Shown: positions 24,628-37,758, counted from the whole stretch's first letter. The stretch is DNA of 54,792 nt, filler included, from Squatina squatina (GCA_031763465.1; 3 parts of 3 records of this genome joined end to end with filler, not necessarily neighbours in it); one strand, 5' to 3'. Translations and numbers: made by a program. The notes: generated by a model from the sequence alone, not told the origin.

Positions 24628-27600
24628 NNNNNNNNNNNNNNNNNNNNNNNNNNNNNNNNNNNNNNNNNNNNNNNNNNNNNNNNNNNNNNNNNNNNNNNNN
24701 NNNNNNNNNNNNNNNNNNNNNNNNNNNAGAAGTTTCTGGCTCGCAATCATTTCACCCTCTGAGATGAAGGAGGAAGCATCCCTGCAGGCGGCCATATTTC
24801 TTGCACATCCCCAAAACTATTTAGTTCCACTCACTGTGCAATTCTAAATGCAAATCCATATGTTGGAAGAAATCTTGGCTGTAAAGCTGTATTCAGCCTC
24901 ATATCTTCCTCAAACCACAGGTTGCCCCGACATTATGTCATTCATGCTCTCAATATACTTGTCAATGAAAAGTAGCATTAAGGACAATACTATGATAATC
25001 AGGAAATAATGCTGCATGGTATAACTATTCAGACATCATGCACCAGATAAATTAAAAGCAATTCATATCAGTGTCTCTGGAATAATCATCTAAGTTCTGG
25101 TTTGATGTGACATGAGGTAAACCGTTCAGACTGAATGAACCAGACACACAGCTGCTGCCTCACTTGTCTACGACATGCTTATTTGTTGAGATTGGAGCCA
25201 AATGTAGATTCTAACGCAGCTAAGACTTAAATCTGAGTTGGTGGGAAAATAGTTCGAGACACAAAATTATGACCTGTTCAGCAGCTTTCATCAGATGCTT
25301 TATAAAGTTACTTCAAGCCATTGACAAACCAGGTGTGTGCACTTCCTGCAGTCTGTCTGCACAGACAGGTTTTCACAAGCTTCCCTCAGACTTGTGCTCC
25401 AGGAATTGTAATCAGACTTCAAGGACAAAAGCTCCATAAGGATTCCCAATTACTGTTATTGTTCAGCTACTGCTTTCTACCTGGCAGCAAGCTTCAACAC
25501 CTCAGGTACTGCACAGGGGGCCAATGGCAACTCATGCTTGGAGATATTTTATACCCTATTTGTGCTATTAAAGTACATCCAAAATTTACGCCTTTGGAGG
25601 CACTTTCATTGTATAGATGATGTGTGACGCAGNNNNNNNNNNNNNNNNNNNNNNNNNNNNNNNNNNNNNNNNNNNNNNNNNNNNNNNNNNNNNNNNNNNN
25701 NNNNNNNNNNNNNNNNNNNNNNNNNNNNNNNNAGCGCTTTACAAACCAATGAAGTACTTTTGAAGTATAGTGTTGTTGTAGTGTAGGATGAGGTCAAATT
25801 CTAAAATTGAGAGAATTATCTAACAAAGGATGATCTGACTTTAAAAAGGGACTGTCAGATCCTCTCACCAGATCATGCCATAGCTTTAAAAAAAACAAAT
25901 GCGCACACAGACAGAGGACTTTAGGTGTTATTCAATGGGAAGTTAACTGGTGCCATACTGTTTGTTTATATAGAGATATATACACATTCACTTTTTAATT
26001 AAAATCACTGGAAAGACTTAATTAAAAGGCAGTTGCAAAGGTCTCAACCCTCTGTTGCTACATGCTTTGATGAAGATCTCAAGACAAAGCATAGGAATGG
26101 AATGTTCTTTTACTTAGTGTTGGTGTGAGATACAATTTTTATCTGCGCTCAATGATAGGTCCTACACATCTCAAAATGAGTGGGCAAGTGAGCGAAAGCC
26201 AAATGGTTACATTGGTCTACTTTCAAAATTATACATCTTAATCCTTTACTAAGAAACAGATGTCAGTTGAGTCTAACTTTCCAGAGATAGCTTGGCATGC
26301 AAGAACAAGTAGTATTTGCTTGATTTATCATCCAAAATTCTGTTGAATGCTCGGCACATACAGAAAGTGCCTGTCAGCTACAACAACCTTCCCTCTCAGT
26401 GAAAAAATGTGATGTTACAAGTCGAAATTTGCCAAAACACAAGGTGAATGCTGAAAATTTTGCTTATGAGTCACCTATTTAAATTTATCATTGCGATGCA
26501 ATCTAAATCCCTCCTTCCAAAACAACAATTAAGCTTTCATTTTGTTTGTCCTCAACAAAAGGCTGAATTTATTCCTTGATACTTATTTCAAGTAAGATAT
26601 TCTCTCATGTTCTAGGAATTAGAAATAATTAGTATTACGGTGCAGATTCAGAGCACTAGAGCAGCGACATCGATGCAACTGAGCATGTATGATGTTGCGC
26701 ATGCCCAGTAGCTCTGAATTTGTGTTTGCTACTTAATGTCACTGGTCTCGGGAGTTCCCTGATGTTGGGTCCATACTGGTTGTCACCTACCTGTAGCCAG
26801 AATAAAACAGCCGTCTTGGTATCCAGTGCCATTAAGTGGCAGTCATTTACATCATTAACAAAAAGTCTCCCCACAAGGTGGCTTCCTCAGTACTGACAAA
26901 CCTGCAGTATAAATGTAAAGATGTGGCAGCAGATTCTGTTGCTCATGGGCCCCTTATAAAATTATTTTGCGCTTTCTCCTCTCCATTAGGTTTTATTCTG
27001 CGACATGCCATCCTTCACTTGAGTGGGCAAACAAGTAACTGTATCATGGTCCTCTGCAAATACCACTCTATGCCTGGTGACTGAGAAGCTCATGGTAGCT
27101 CCCCTGCTGACTTCTCCTCTTCTTCCATTGGGGGAGGTGCGGCCTCTATTCTGCTGCCTCCTCTCATAGGAAAACCCGCCATCTGTTGGAATTGTCTGAG
27201 AAGCCGTGTGCCACCATTCCATGGCACAACAAATTGGTACCAGTGTCCTGTGCCCCTTGACTAAGCTCCTCATAGTGGGTGAAACCTCTTTAGTCAGAGC
27301 AATTTCAACAAAGTGAAGCAACAGGAGTAATACAACAAGAATGACTTGCATTTATATAGTGTCTTTAACATAGTAAAAACATCAGTAGTAATACATAGTA
27401 ATGTAAACTGCAATAGGGCCTNNNNNNNNNNNNNNNNNNNNNNNNNNNNNNNNNNNNNNNNNNNNNNNNNNNNNNNNNNNNNNNNNNNNNNNNNNNNNNN
27501 NNNNNNNNNNNNNNNNNNNNNAGATGACGACAGAGATGCCTGGTAACCAGAAAATGGCACATTTGAAACCCTCAAGTAATGTGCAAATGGTGTGGAAAAA

Positions 27601-27904
27601 CTTAGTCAAGTGCTTATCGTTTAACTTTACATTATGGCTAAAAGAAGCTGTGGTTGCCTGACATTGACAAAGACATAAAATATCTCTGCAAGCAACACTT
27701 GTCCTTCACTTAATTGTCTTACATTTACATATTTAAATGATATTGTACACAAATTGTGTCTCTTTTGTTTTGCTTGATAAATGTACCCGAAATTATATCT
27801 ATCACATTAGTTTTCACTTTAGAAATTAGCCAGCAGACTAGGAAGAATAGATCCAGCTTTATTTATCCCTTATTGAGCTGGATAATTTTGTGAGAAACTG
27901 TATA

Positions 27905-28569
27905 TGGCCAAAACTTGCTGGAGCACGGAATCTCGTGGCTTACGCCATCAGTTAGACTTTTTCATGCACCCTTCAGCTCGAAAAAGTTTTGCACCGTAAC
28001 TTGCTGGAAGTGTAATCTGATGACGATGTGACAAAGGCAACAGGGCATCTGGGTCCTCAGTAAATGGCGGGTGAATTAGAATCAAATCAAAAAGAGAAGT
28101 AAAGAGAGGGAAAGAAAGGTTGGATTAAGAGAGAGTGAAAAATGAGAAAGGAAAAGTAATAAAATAAAATTAAAATTAGTAAATTTTTAAATCTCTAAAA
28201 AGAGTTTACTGCATGCAAGAATGAGACGGAACAGTTTAAATTGTTCCCTTTCTGGGCTAGAAAGGTCGATTGGCATTGAATTAACAACTATCACATTGTT
28301 TAAAGGATATTTGTGCTCTTAATTACCAGCCTTAACTTTCTGCAGTGAGTTTAATGGGAAATTAATGTGCAAATCCAGCTACTTCTTAAAAATAGTGGCG
28401 AGGTTAAAGGCGAGATGCCGTCTGTGTGAAACAGATGGCGAAGCGGCATAAATCGACTAAGTTCTGGAGACTTGCAACTCACAGCGTATTTCTTAATCCC
28501 CTGAACTTGTTGGTCAATTTGTGCATTATTCACAGCATGCGCCATTACTTTTCCAGCAAGATTTGGCCC
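27905..28569. mobile_element. Non-autonomous DNA transposon (~665 bp) with 17-bp terminal inverted repeats, possibly PIF/Harbinger-type
   Basis: ggccaaaacttgctgga (27906-27922) versus tccagcaagatttggcc (28552-28568): 16/17 inverted match. A subterminal repeat aacttgctgga lies near 27998; no transposase ORF. Confidence 0.65.
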
Positions 28570-31008
28570 TAGGTATCATATAACTGCAATGCTGCAAATA
28601 CTTCAAAGAGAATATATCACTTTTCTCTTTTTTGAATTAGACAGGCAAGTCCTGAAAAGCTCAGGCATGCCGTTCGCCTATTTGCATATCCACGCTTACA
28701 ATTTTAAGTTATCAAGCACAAGACTAACTAAAGCATAAGTCATTTGCTTGATTTATTTTGCTTATTCTTCATTCTTCATAGCACAAGTTCAGTATTGCCT
28801 TCCAGTACATTACTAATATTAATTGAATTGAATTGAAATAATTACCTCTCTAATTGAACATATAATTTGCAATTTTTCCACACGTCGGTAACATAATAAC
28901 GTTAATGCAAATTAATTTTCAATGAAGTCGCAACAGGGACATGAAGAGCTTTCCCCAGTGGACCCTGGACCAGGGTTCAACAATAACTGGGATCAGGAGC
29001 AGCTTAAACTCAGCATGCAGTGGGGAGCTTTAGTATTTAATCGCAGAAGCCAAGAGCTATACGTTTGTGATGATGGGTGAGGGTATGAAGGAAGGTTTTT
29101 TCAGCACTATAGTGTTTATATTGTAAGGTTAGATTTTATAGTTCGTACAATCCGCCTTTATATTCTAGCTAGCTGTGGGAATTTGAGATTAGGGTGGCTC
29201 TCCAGATTACTTGGTTTCCCGAATTATAAATGAAACTATATGTAAAAGTCTTGTGCTTGGGATGTGTTTTGTCTGTCACACTTCAGATATCACATTTGCA
29301 TGCAAATTTCTACGCCAAACTTGACCATGATTGGATCAAATTACATATTCCTATAACGGCAACAAATCACAGCTAGACATGTAGGGAAGGTACCAATGAA
29401 AAGGGGAAAACACAAACTATCAATCAAGCACTGCTAAGAACATATTAAAGGCTACCAATCAGGATGCACAGAAACTGCTAATCTAAATCAGTAGCAAGCA
29501 ATCAGCTGCCAATCAAATCAAGGAGAACATTCTCAATTTCAATCTGAGTGGAAAGTGACAGATTGATGGGGAAGAGCCAGAGGTCAATGAGGCTCTTTCA
29601 GTGGCTTAAACAAGTCAAAACAAAAAATAAATGCTCCTGCTAATGGAACAACGCTTTTAGAGAATGCAGGTGTGAGGGATTTTGATGTATAGTTTTGCTT
29701 TAGCAATGGCACAACTTTTTTTAAAAATTGCTTGTTTAAAAAAAACTCCAAAGCAGAGGAAACGACAAGAAATGAATGGAGAGGAGTAATTTTGCCAGAT
29801 CTTTTACTGAATGAATCTTAAAACATCATCAAACAAATCAGTTTGTTGGGCCAAGCCCAATTTTATAGATCCTGAACAGTTTGACACACCTGTGGAGGTA
29901 AAAATAAATGATCGTAGTTCTCCCAAGCGAAAATGCAATCATCCCTTCACCAACTCTTATAAGGAAAAGGAAAAAAAACGCAGAATAATGTTCCAAAAGA
30001 CATAAACGTAATTCCTTGCTCCAACAGAGGTACATACAGTGGATTTGAACTGTCCCACACTGATTTTATTTCATATTCAAGAGTAGAACTGTCATGAAAG
30101 TTCCTTCCATTGAATTCAGCACCAAGAGTCATTCTAATTTGGTTGATATGATATAAGTTGAGATGGGACTCTGGCATCATAAATAAATGATCACAACTGA
30201 GACGTAGTTACTCCATTGGTATATGTAGATTGTTATCAGATTTTTCAGAAGCCTTGTTTTACTTACTAACTATCTGTAGAGCTTTTCGATGGTTATGATA
30301 AAAATTATGTATTTTGTCTCGTTTTTTGTTTCATGGCTGCCCCTTTAAAACTCAATATTTGTGCAGTGTCTTTAATACAGTTAGAGCGAAGATTTCATGC
30401 CAGCCCTGTCCCAAAACATTGCTACAAGGTTTGTTGTTGTGTTAGACACCCTCTCAAGTCAGGGAGTCCACAANNNNNNNNNNTATATAGCACCTTTTAA
30501 TGTAGTAAAATGTCTTACTTTAATAACTTGAAGGCAGTTGTAATTTGTGATTCAGAGGCCTGTGACAGGTACTGGACTATCAATTCTGAGTTGCTCCTTC
30601 ATGCTCTTACTAGTGTACTCTTAATTGGGTTGTACCCAGCTTGAGTTGCTTCCCCAAACTGCTGATTTTTAAGTTGTAATACTTAGTGTGTATTGTGCAA
30701 GTTTCAGTTATTCCCATGACATGTTTATAGAAGTGCATTGTTTTTGGAAGGCAGATAATGACTTATTATCCATGGTTTCCGATACCTTCCTGCCTTCGAT
30801 GCTGAAGGTTAGTGTCTGAAGGACGTTTTGATCTGGTATCTCAGTTCTTCATCAGATGCATTTAGCAGTATCGAAAATGATCTGAAATGGTGTATGAAAA
30901 CTTCCTAANNNNNNNNNNNNNNNNNNNNNNNNNNNNNNNNNNNNNNNNNNNNNNNNNNNNNNNNNNNNNNNNNNNNNNNNNNNNNNNNNNNNNNNNNNNN
31001 NNNNNNNN

Positions 31009-31085
31009 GCCCCTGCACCATTCCTGCAGCCACTCGTTCAACTGTACACGCTCCTTATTCCGAGCCTCACCATCACGCGGCACCG
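31009..31085 (-). mobile_element. CR1-like LINE ORF1 esterase (SGNH) fragment
   Basis: VPRDGEARNKERVQLNEWLQEWCRG resembles the LNxWLxxWCR motif of CR1 ORF1 esterase domains. Cut off by a gap. Confidence 0.6.
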
Positions 31086-33189
31086 TTAATTAGAAAGAGA
31101 AGTGAAAGGGATGATGCCAACAAACCCTGCTGTGCTAAGGTTCCATCCACGTAACCTCCAGTGCAGTGCGTTTTCCTGTGAGGTTAATACCAGTCCCGTC
31201 TCCTCCATAAGGGAGGTATGCTCAAATCACAGATCGTAAGGCACTGCAGCTATGGCAAATGGCGTAAAAATAACATAAATGAAGTCAAGCAAGCTATGCC
31301 TATCTGTGGAACTGAAAGTTCAAAATGGCAGCAATACGCACTGACAGATTCTACAGATAGATGTGAAGGGGGACTTCTGAAAAGAAGTCATAATCCACTC
31401 TATTACAATCTAATCAGAATGCCGCTGATAATCAGAATACTACCAATCCACAGTTTGCCCTGACTTAGGCTTGTAACCACAGTGGCTTTGCTAATCGATC
31501 AAAACTCAGTGTTCTGCTACTAAGTAGAGGTTGCTCAGAACTGATACATCAATCCCTTATGCAACCAAGTGTCAACAGACATGTAACTGTTTTGCCAAGA
31601 AATGCTCTGCGTGTATCAGGAATTCTATAAATTCAGATAAAAATAACCAACGTCTGCATTCTTTGCCTTACAGCTCATTTAATCAAATATTCAACGGTTC
31701 AATCTAAATAAAAAGCAACAGAAACCACATAACAGAAAGATATTATACATACCAATCATTTAGCATTCTCACACATTCTCTGGCGAATACAGGAATGCAT
31801 TAATGATGTTTATTGTGCTGAACATTCTTAATCAAGGAATTGAGCAATACTTTTACACTTAGATCAGAAATTCTGTGCAATATAAGTGATTGAAAGTGGT
31901 TCGGTGCATTGAAATTCTTTGCCCTGATATGTGTTTATTTGGAGTGGACTGTGTACATGAAAAGTCCTCTGGAATTAAAAATACAATACTGTGAGGATGT
32001 ACCAAGGCCCATGGAACAGATGTCTCAATGGGTTCAGTACATTCAATGTAATGACAAGTAGAACAATGATGAAGGCTGAAAATCTGAAACAAAAACAGGA
32101 ACTGCTGTAAATGCACATCAGGTCTGAAAGAGAAAGATAGGGTTTTTTTTAACCAGTATTTTCCCGTACTCCCTTCCTGTTTTAAAGGCACTGGCTTATG
32201 CTGCTGTACAGTTCCACAGGTCCTGGGCAGCCTCTGTGATGTTGCCCATGTAGCCATTCCTGTGTCTCAGCCTAGACAGTGACTATCGCCAGGTTATTCA
32301 GGTAGAAGGCATCACAAAACTTGTTCCTGTTGTCACCCAATGGCCACACACTTGTGACTTCNNNNNNNNNNNNNNNNNNNNNNNNNNNNNNNNNNNNNNN
32401 NNNNNNNNNNNNNNNNNNNNNNNNNNNNNNNNNNNNNNNNNNNNNNNNNNNNNNNNNNNNNTGCATTGTTGAATGTGCTAAAAACGCAAGGATTTTTACT
32501 CCCATTTAACACATCGAGAACTTCACCTTGCTGTTAATATGTCAACACTTATGAAGGGGAATTAGGAACTAAGATAATAATCCATGCCAGCCTTTTCTAG
32601 TTGTTTTTACATTCTATCGTTGTACACTCTAGCATTGTGCTGAATGTTGCGATCTTAGTTCTATTTAATTTGTAAATAAACATTAGTAATCATTTATCTG
32701 AATCTAATTTCTGCTATTTCTGACCTATGATAAATGTAGCACAAAATTGGATTTGCCTGTAATTGCATATACAAGTTAGTGAAAATAGGATGGCTGTTGA
32801 CGCTTTGGATCATGCAACTTTAATGGGCAGATTACTGAAGGGACACAGCTTCCAAATCAAAGGGGACACAGTCCACTTCTGGGAACTGCTGTGAAATTGT
32901 TGAAAGAGAAATGGCTATATAAAATCCTGAAACTGTAGCACTCAGGTGTTGTTGATAGTGAATCGCTTCTGCATGGCGTGCTAAGAAAATACCAGGAATG
33001 AGAGGCTAAAAAGAGAAAGTCTTGACATTCGAGATTCTGTTACTGTGTTCTTGAACTAAAGCCAAGAAGTTTTTTATTTCTTAGGAGCATAGAAAATATA
33101 CACGACCAAATAAAAGACCATTGCAGTCCTTCTGACTGCTTGCAAAGTTCTAAAACATACTGCATGTTGTTTCTTATGCGTCACATTCA

Positions 33190-33290
33190 CTTTTGCCAAA
33201 ATATAATCTCGCTCCCTTGTGAATTTGCCAGCACTATTCACCCCCACTGTCTCCCTGGGCAGTCTGATCCACACATTCACCACCATGTGA
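33190..33290 (-). mobile_element. CR1-like LINE 3' ORF2 remnant
   Basis: VVNVWIRLPRETVGVNSAGKFTRERD corresponds to the CR1 terminal motif RVVxxWNxLPxxVVxAxSxxxFKxxLD. Confidence 0.55.
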
Positions 33291-34034
33291 AGTAGTTTAA
33301 TGTGAAGTTTATCTTTCTGAGTTTGAATCCTTTCCCCCCTGGTTACAAAGTTATGTCAGAACTGGAAAATATACCATATTGTTCTATCAGCACTTTTCAA
33401 CCAAATGGCTCAGCATTCAAGTATACTGATACTTCAGTTCACCAACAGCAGTTCTTAGCTGCTTTGTCCATCTCAACAAGGCTTCTGGATCATGTCCCTG
33501 GTGGAAATGGGGCAGGGCAAAATGGAGGGGACTGAGGGAAAGAAAATGCCAACACTCAACATCTTCAGAATACAATTCTATGATGGAGGTGTCCTAACAT
33601 GGGTTGTGGATATGTCAATGGACTGGGCCACATACCTCTTAGTTGAATGTGGCTCCCTTGAGGTAAGTATCCAGCTTGGAAAAGGTACAAGCTACAGTTA
33701 AAGCTCTTGCTGTGTTCTTTCAAATTGGATGTATGCTTCCTTTTGGGGAGAAAAGAAACTGCAAACTGACTTTGGCAGCAGTGTGGTAAATAAGGCGTAG
33801 TCGCAGCCTCTGGGTGTTTAGACATGAAGAGACGGTTTTCATGAACAGCTCCAGAAGTAGCACCGATGAAGACAGTCAACTTTATGTTTAAAGCTGCCAG
33901 TGGACTGAGGGCTCAGCTCGCCTGTACAGACAAACATTACTGTTTTATATTTGATGATCTGTAAATACCTTCCTGGAACACAGGGAAAGCTATGGCAGCC
34001 AGAAACAACACAAAAAATACAACTCTCGACACTT

Positions 34035-34490
34035 GTATGCATCAGTTTGGTTTAGTTAGCAGCACTCTCACATCTGAGCCAAAAGGCTGTGGGTTCAGGA
34101 CCCACTCCAGAGATTTGAGCACAGAATCTGGACTGACACTTCAGTGCAATACCGATGGAGTGCTGCACTGTTGGAGGTGCTGTCTTTGGGCTGAGAGTTT
34201 TAACCTCACTTGCCTGTTCAGGTAGACATGAAATTTCCCACATCGATGGAAGAGCAGGGAGTTCTTCCAGTGTCCTGGACAACATCCCTCCCTCAATTAA
34301 CACCACCAAATACAAATGATCTGGTTATTCATTTGATATTTCTGGGGTATTACTGTGTACAAATTGGCTCCTGTATTTGCATGCTCAACAACAGCGACCA
34401 TACGTCAAATATAATCCATTGGTTGTAAATCACTCTGGGATGCACGCAGGATGGAATAAGATGCTATAGCAATGCCGTTTCTTTCTTTGT
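34035..34490 (+). mobile_element. Near full-length DeuSINE (SacSINE1-like)
   Basis: tRNA-like head (agcactctcacatctgagccaaaaggctgtgggttcag...cccactccagaga), Deu core (gtgtcctggacaacatccctccctcaa...gatctggttattcatt) and tail (cattggttgtaaatcactctggga...gctatagcaatgccgtttctttctt). Confidence 0.8.
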
Positions 34491-34539
34491 ATTGTGCATT
34501 GGAACATGGGAACAGTGACATTAAAGTTGAAACAGCAGT

Positions 34540-34850
34540 AACTTGCTCTTATATAGCTCTTTTAACATTAACAGAAAACATCCCAAGTGCTTCACACATA
34601 CGTGCATTGGAGGTTTTTGAAAGGAGAGAGAGCAGTGCAGAGGCTTAGGGAGGGAAGTTGAGACAGCAAGGTTTAAATGACTGAAGACGTTGCCACCAAA
34701 GGGAGGGGGATCCACTAATGGCCAAAATCAGAGGAATGGAGTGGGGAGGGAGAGGGATATTGAGCAAAAGGAGTTTACAGAGACTGGAGGGATTTGAGGA
34801 CCAGGGCGCTGAGTTTCAATTTATATTGTTGGGGACAGAGATCCAATGCA
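34540..34850 (-). mobile_element. L2-like LINE 3' end
   Basis: acttgctcttatatagctcttttaacattaacagaaaacatcccaagtgcttcaca is the reverse complement of the tail shared with the DeuSINE, followed by L2-type purine-rich sequence. Confidence 0.6.
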
Positions 34851-36004
34851 AGGCTGAGTATTTTTCTGTTGTGCTGGTGCTGTGGAATCTGTCCCCTGTT
34901 AAAAACAGGATGGAGCCCAGAGAGCTCAGACTCTCCAGTGTTATTGCACAATGGCTTCAAGATGTTTCTGCCATGTGAGCTGTGCTGTGATTAAAGAGGC
35001 AGTATCTTCACAGAAAGGTATTTGACTAACCTTTTATTGCTGGTTAACACAGGATGCAATAATTGAGCCAAAATTCATCATAACGTCACGTTACNNNNNN
35101 NNNNNNNNNNNNNNNNNNNNNNNNNNNNNNNNNNNNNNNNNNNNNNNNNNNNNNNNNNNNNNNNNNNNNNNNNNNNNNNNNNNNNNNNNNNNNNGAACTA
35201 TTAGAATAGTAAAAGGTCACACAACTTGGAAGAAATTATACCATATTTTACTGGGTGAATGTTGTCTGGTACATTTCTTTAACAAAATGACAGAATAAAG
35301 CAGCTGGCCACTCCACACCGAGTGCATGGAAGTTTTACAAATAGTGGATTAACTCCCCACAGTGTGACATGCCAGGAAATGCGATTTCTCAGAACTCTGA
35401 TCATTCATACTTGGAGCCGGTCCAGTCTCTCGTCACAATGAGCGCCATTGCTGCAGGCTAAACATTAAAAGCAGAAATTGTAAATCTAGGTCATCGAGAG
35501 GAACAAAGCTTGTCATAAACAGGAAGCACTGTTCAGAGCTGGCAGTCAGGAAACTTTGCAGATGATCAAATGAAAAATGTTAAATGTTTACTCTAGCCAC
35601 ACTGATCGACATAACATAACTGGAAAATATTGTTGCAGTTTATAATTAATGTTGACAGGGAAGATCGTAATTACATACTAGCAACTAAATGTTATTGTAA
35701 TGCTTATAGAATAATTACTTTCATTTTAAATTACAGTTTTCCATCTCAGTGAAAGAGGTGCAAAAGAGTGAGCATGAAGAGCACCACAATTTGACTATCT
35801 GCATCACTTACAAGCTCAATTTTATTTCCCAATCACAGAGGACAGATTCAAAAAAATACAAACGTTGATCTGGACTATTGCAATATGAACTCCGGAGGAT
35901 GTACAGGCTACATTCGTGTCACAGATATTGTAACCTCCCTCCCAAAATGGAGGAAAAAATGCAAAGGAGGTCCTGCCATTATTACCCGCATTTCAAACGA
36001 ACAT

Positions 36005-36114
36005 AAGGACCTAAGTCCAGATCCAGGGGTCACACTCTGAGGATAAGGGGGAAGCCATTTAGGACGGAGATGAGGAAAAACTTTTTCACCCAGAGAGTGG
36101 TGAACCTGTGGAAC
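36005..36114 (+). mobile_element. CR1 LINE 3' ORF2 fragment
   Basis: aggggtcacactctgaggataagggggaagccatttaggacggagatgaggaaaaactttttcacccagagagtggtgaacctgtggaac encodes RGHTLRIRGKPFRTEMRKNFFTQRVVNLWN. Confidence 0.85.
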
Positions 36115-36214
36115 NNNNNNNNNNNNNNNNNNNNNNNNNNNNNNNNNNNNNNNNNNNNNNNNNNNNNNNNNNNNNNNNNNNNNNNNNNNNNNNNNNNNNN
36201 NNNNNNNNNNNNNN

Positions 36215-36850
36215 GGGGATTGCGGGAGAGGTAAGATTACAATTGCAAAGCAACAGTGCATTGCAGGAATTTAAAAAGAAAGGGAAGATTGTAGGTGCAG
36301 CAGTGTTTGGAAAGTTGGAAAGATTGAGAGTGTGATGCGAGGAGAGAGGATAATGGCTGCCATTTTGAAAGAAGTAAGGACCGAGCTGGAGAAAAGGGAC
36401 AGATTGATGAGGATATGGTTCTGAAAATGGGAAGTTGAGTGATCAAGGATTGCTAGGGGAGGAAATTGAGGAAATAGGTGATAGGCTTAAAGGACAAAAT
36501 ACTTTTTGTGATGGTGGGAGTGAAACTGTGAAACAAGCAGTAGTGGATGATCAGATTGAGAAGTGGTTTGGGCAATAGACCTGGGAGAAGGATGTCCTAA
36601 TTTTGAACACAGAAATCCATGAGCCTCTCAGAGTGAAGATGGAGGGAACTGAAAGAGGTAGCCACAGGAAGCAGTTCATAGTTTATTATTAAGAAGGGAA
36701 ATTAGAAATTTAGACTTGGTCTTGCTCTCCAGGTTGACCTTGGTGCTAAGATAACCTGGTCATGGAAAGGAGCCATGGATGAGCTTGAGATGGTCAAGCC
36801 ATTCTTGAAGATGGATAGCTAAGCTGGTGCATTTGAGATTTCAGCCTGCC
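36215..36850 (-). mobile_element. Old L2-like LINE remnant
   Basis: Strong purine skew on the plus strand and scattered L2-like motifs. No intact ORF; boundaries approximate. Confidence 0.4.
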
Positions 36851-36901
36851 TGATTACAGGTTGTATATGTTGTGGATAAAGGTAAAAAGGTTCAATTGGA
36901 G

Positions 36902-37758
36902 TTAAGTGAACTCTGCAATTGTGTTGTATCTTGACTGATTGTTTGTTGCTATTACATTTCTTAAGCACTGCCAGAAAAAACCTTCAGTATTAGGGTTTTT
37001 AGGCCAGTATAGCACAGAGCTGCTACATAATCGCTTCCTCAATCTCAGATACTTTGAGTTAATTAAAACAGGCTCTAACAGGATCAGTACAATCACAGCT
37101 TCATTTTCATCCAGTAGTCTTTGGTGAGCCATATAAAAGGCTGTTTTGAAAGTTCCTCTCTTGACATAACTCCTTGTGAGCACAAACACAGTCTTTTTGC
37201 TCTTCTGTACACTTTGAGAAAGATTGTCGACAACAGCCATTCCTAACCCCCAGTCTCTCTCTTCCAAACAGAGGCAAAAGTGCCTTTCACCTTTAACTTC
37301 CAAATGAACTAATAGTTCATTGACAACCCAGTCTGTCACAGCCAGATCCGAAGTGTCATAAGCAATAAATGCATCGTAGGAACAGCTCTGCATTGTAAGA
37401 GATTGATACTGATACCCCTTTACCTTAGCAGAGCAGAAATAGTAAAAGTAGCGCACATCCCAGTAAAAAAGCTGACTGGTAACCGCTGTCACCATGACAC
37501 ACAAAACAATTAGAAAGGAAATGAAGTACAATGAGGCAGCGAGGCCATTCACTGCACACAAGTGCTGATCAAGTGAAATGATACTCTTTCCGTGAAGCTG
37601 TTTCGGTTCAGCACAGGAGACGTCTGTGGCGATTCGAGGGATAATCACGTCACATGAATTAATCCACACAATGAACGGCAAAAGTTCACAAGTGCATTGA
37701 AATGGATTTCTTGTTAAAAGCAATACTTCTAAATAATTTGGTGCACCAACTTGGAAAA
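36902..37758 (-). CDS. TLR8: TLR8-like paralogue B: last LRR, LRR-CT, transmembrane and TIR domains; 5' part lost in gap
   Basis: NPFQCTC...C...C LRR-CT, hydrophobic TM LYFISFLIVLCVMVTAV, TIR box1 YDAFIAY, LCLEERDW, box3 FFWQCLRN, stop TAA at 36902-36904. VTDWVVNEL, FKTAFY, LLEPVL, YLRLR and EGFFW are TLR8-type rather than TLR7-type. Confidence 0.88.

Noticed and set aside
31218-31290. HCSYGKWRKNN, resembling the EGFL6 N-terminal CCYGWRRN motif
   Set aside because: It is on the opposite strand to EGFL6, lacks suitable splice sites, and is too short to be significant.
24400-36900. TMSB4X (thymosin beta-4), expected between TLR8 and EGFL6
   Set aside because: I found no LKKTETQEKN-type coding sequence. 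The absence is uninformative because of the many placeholder gaps.
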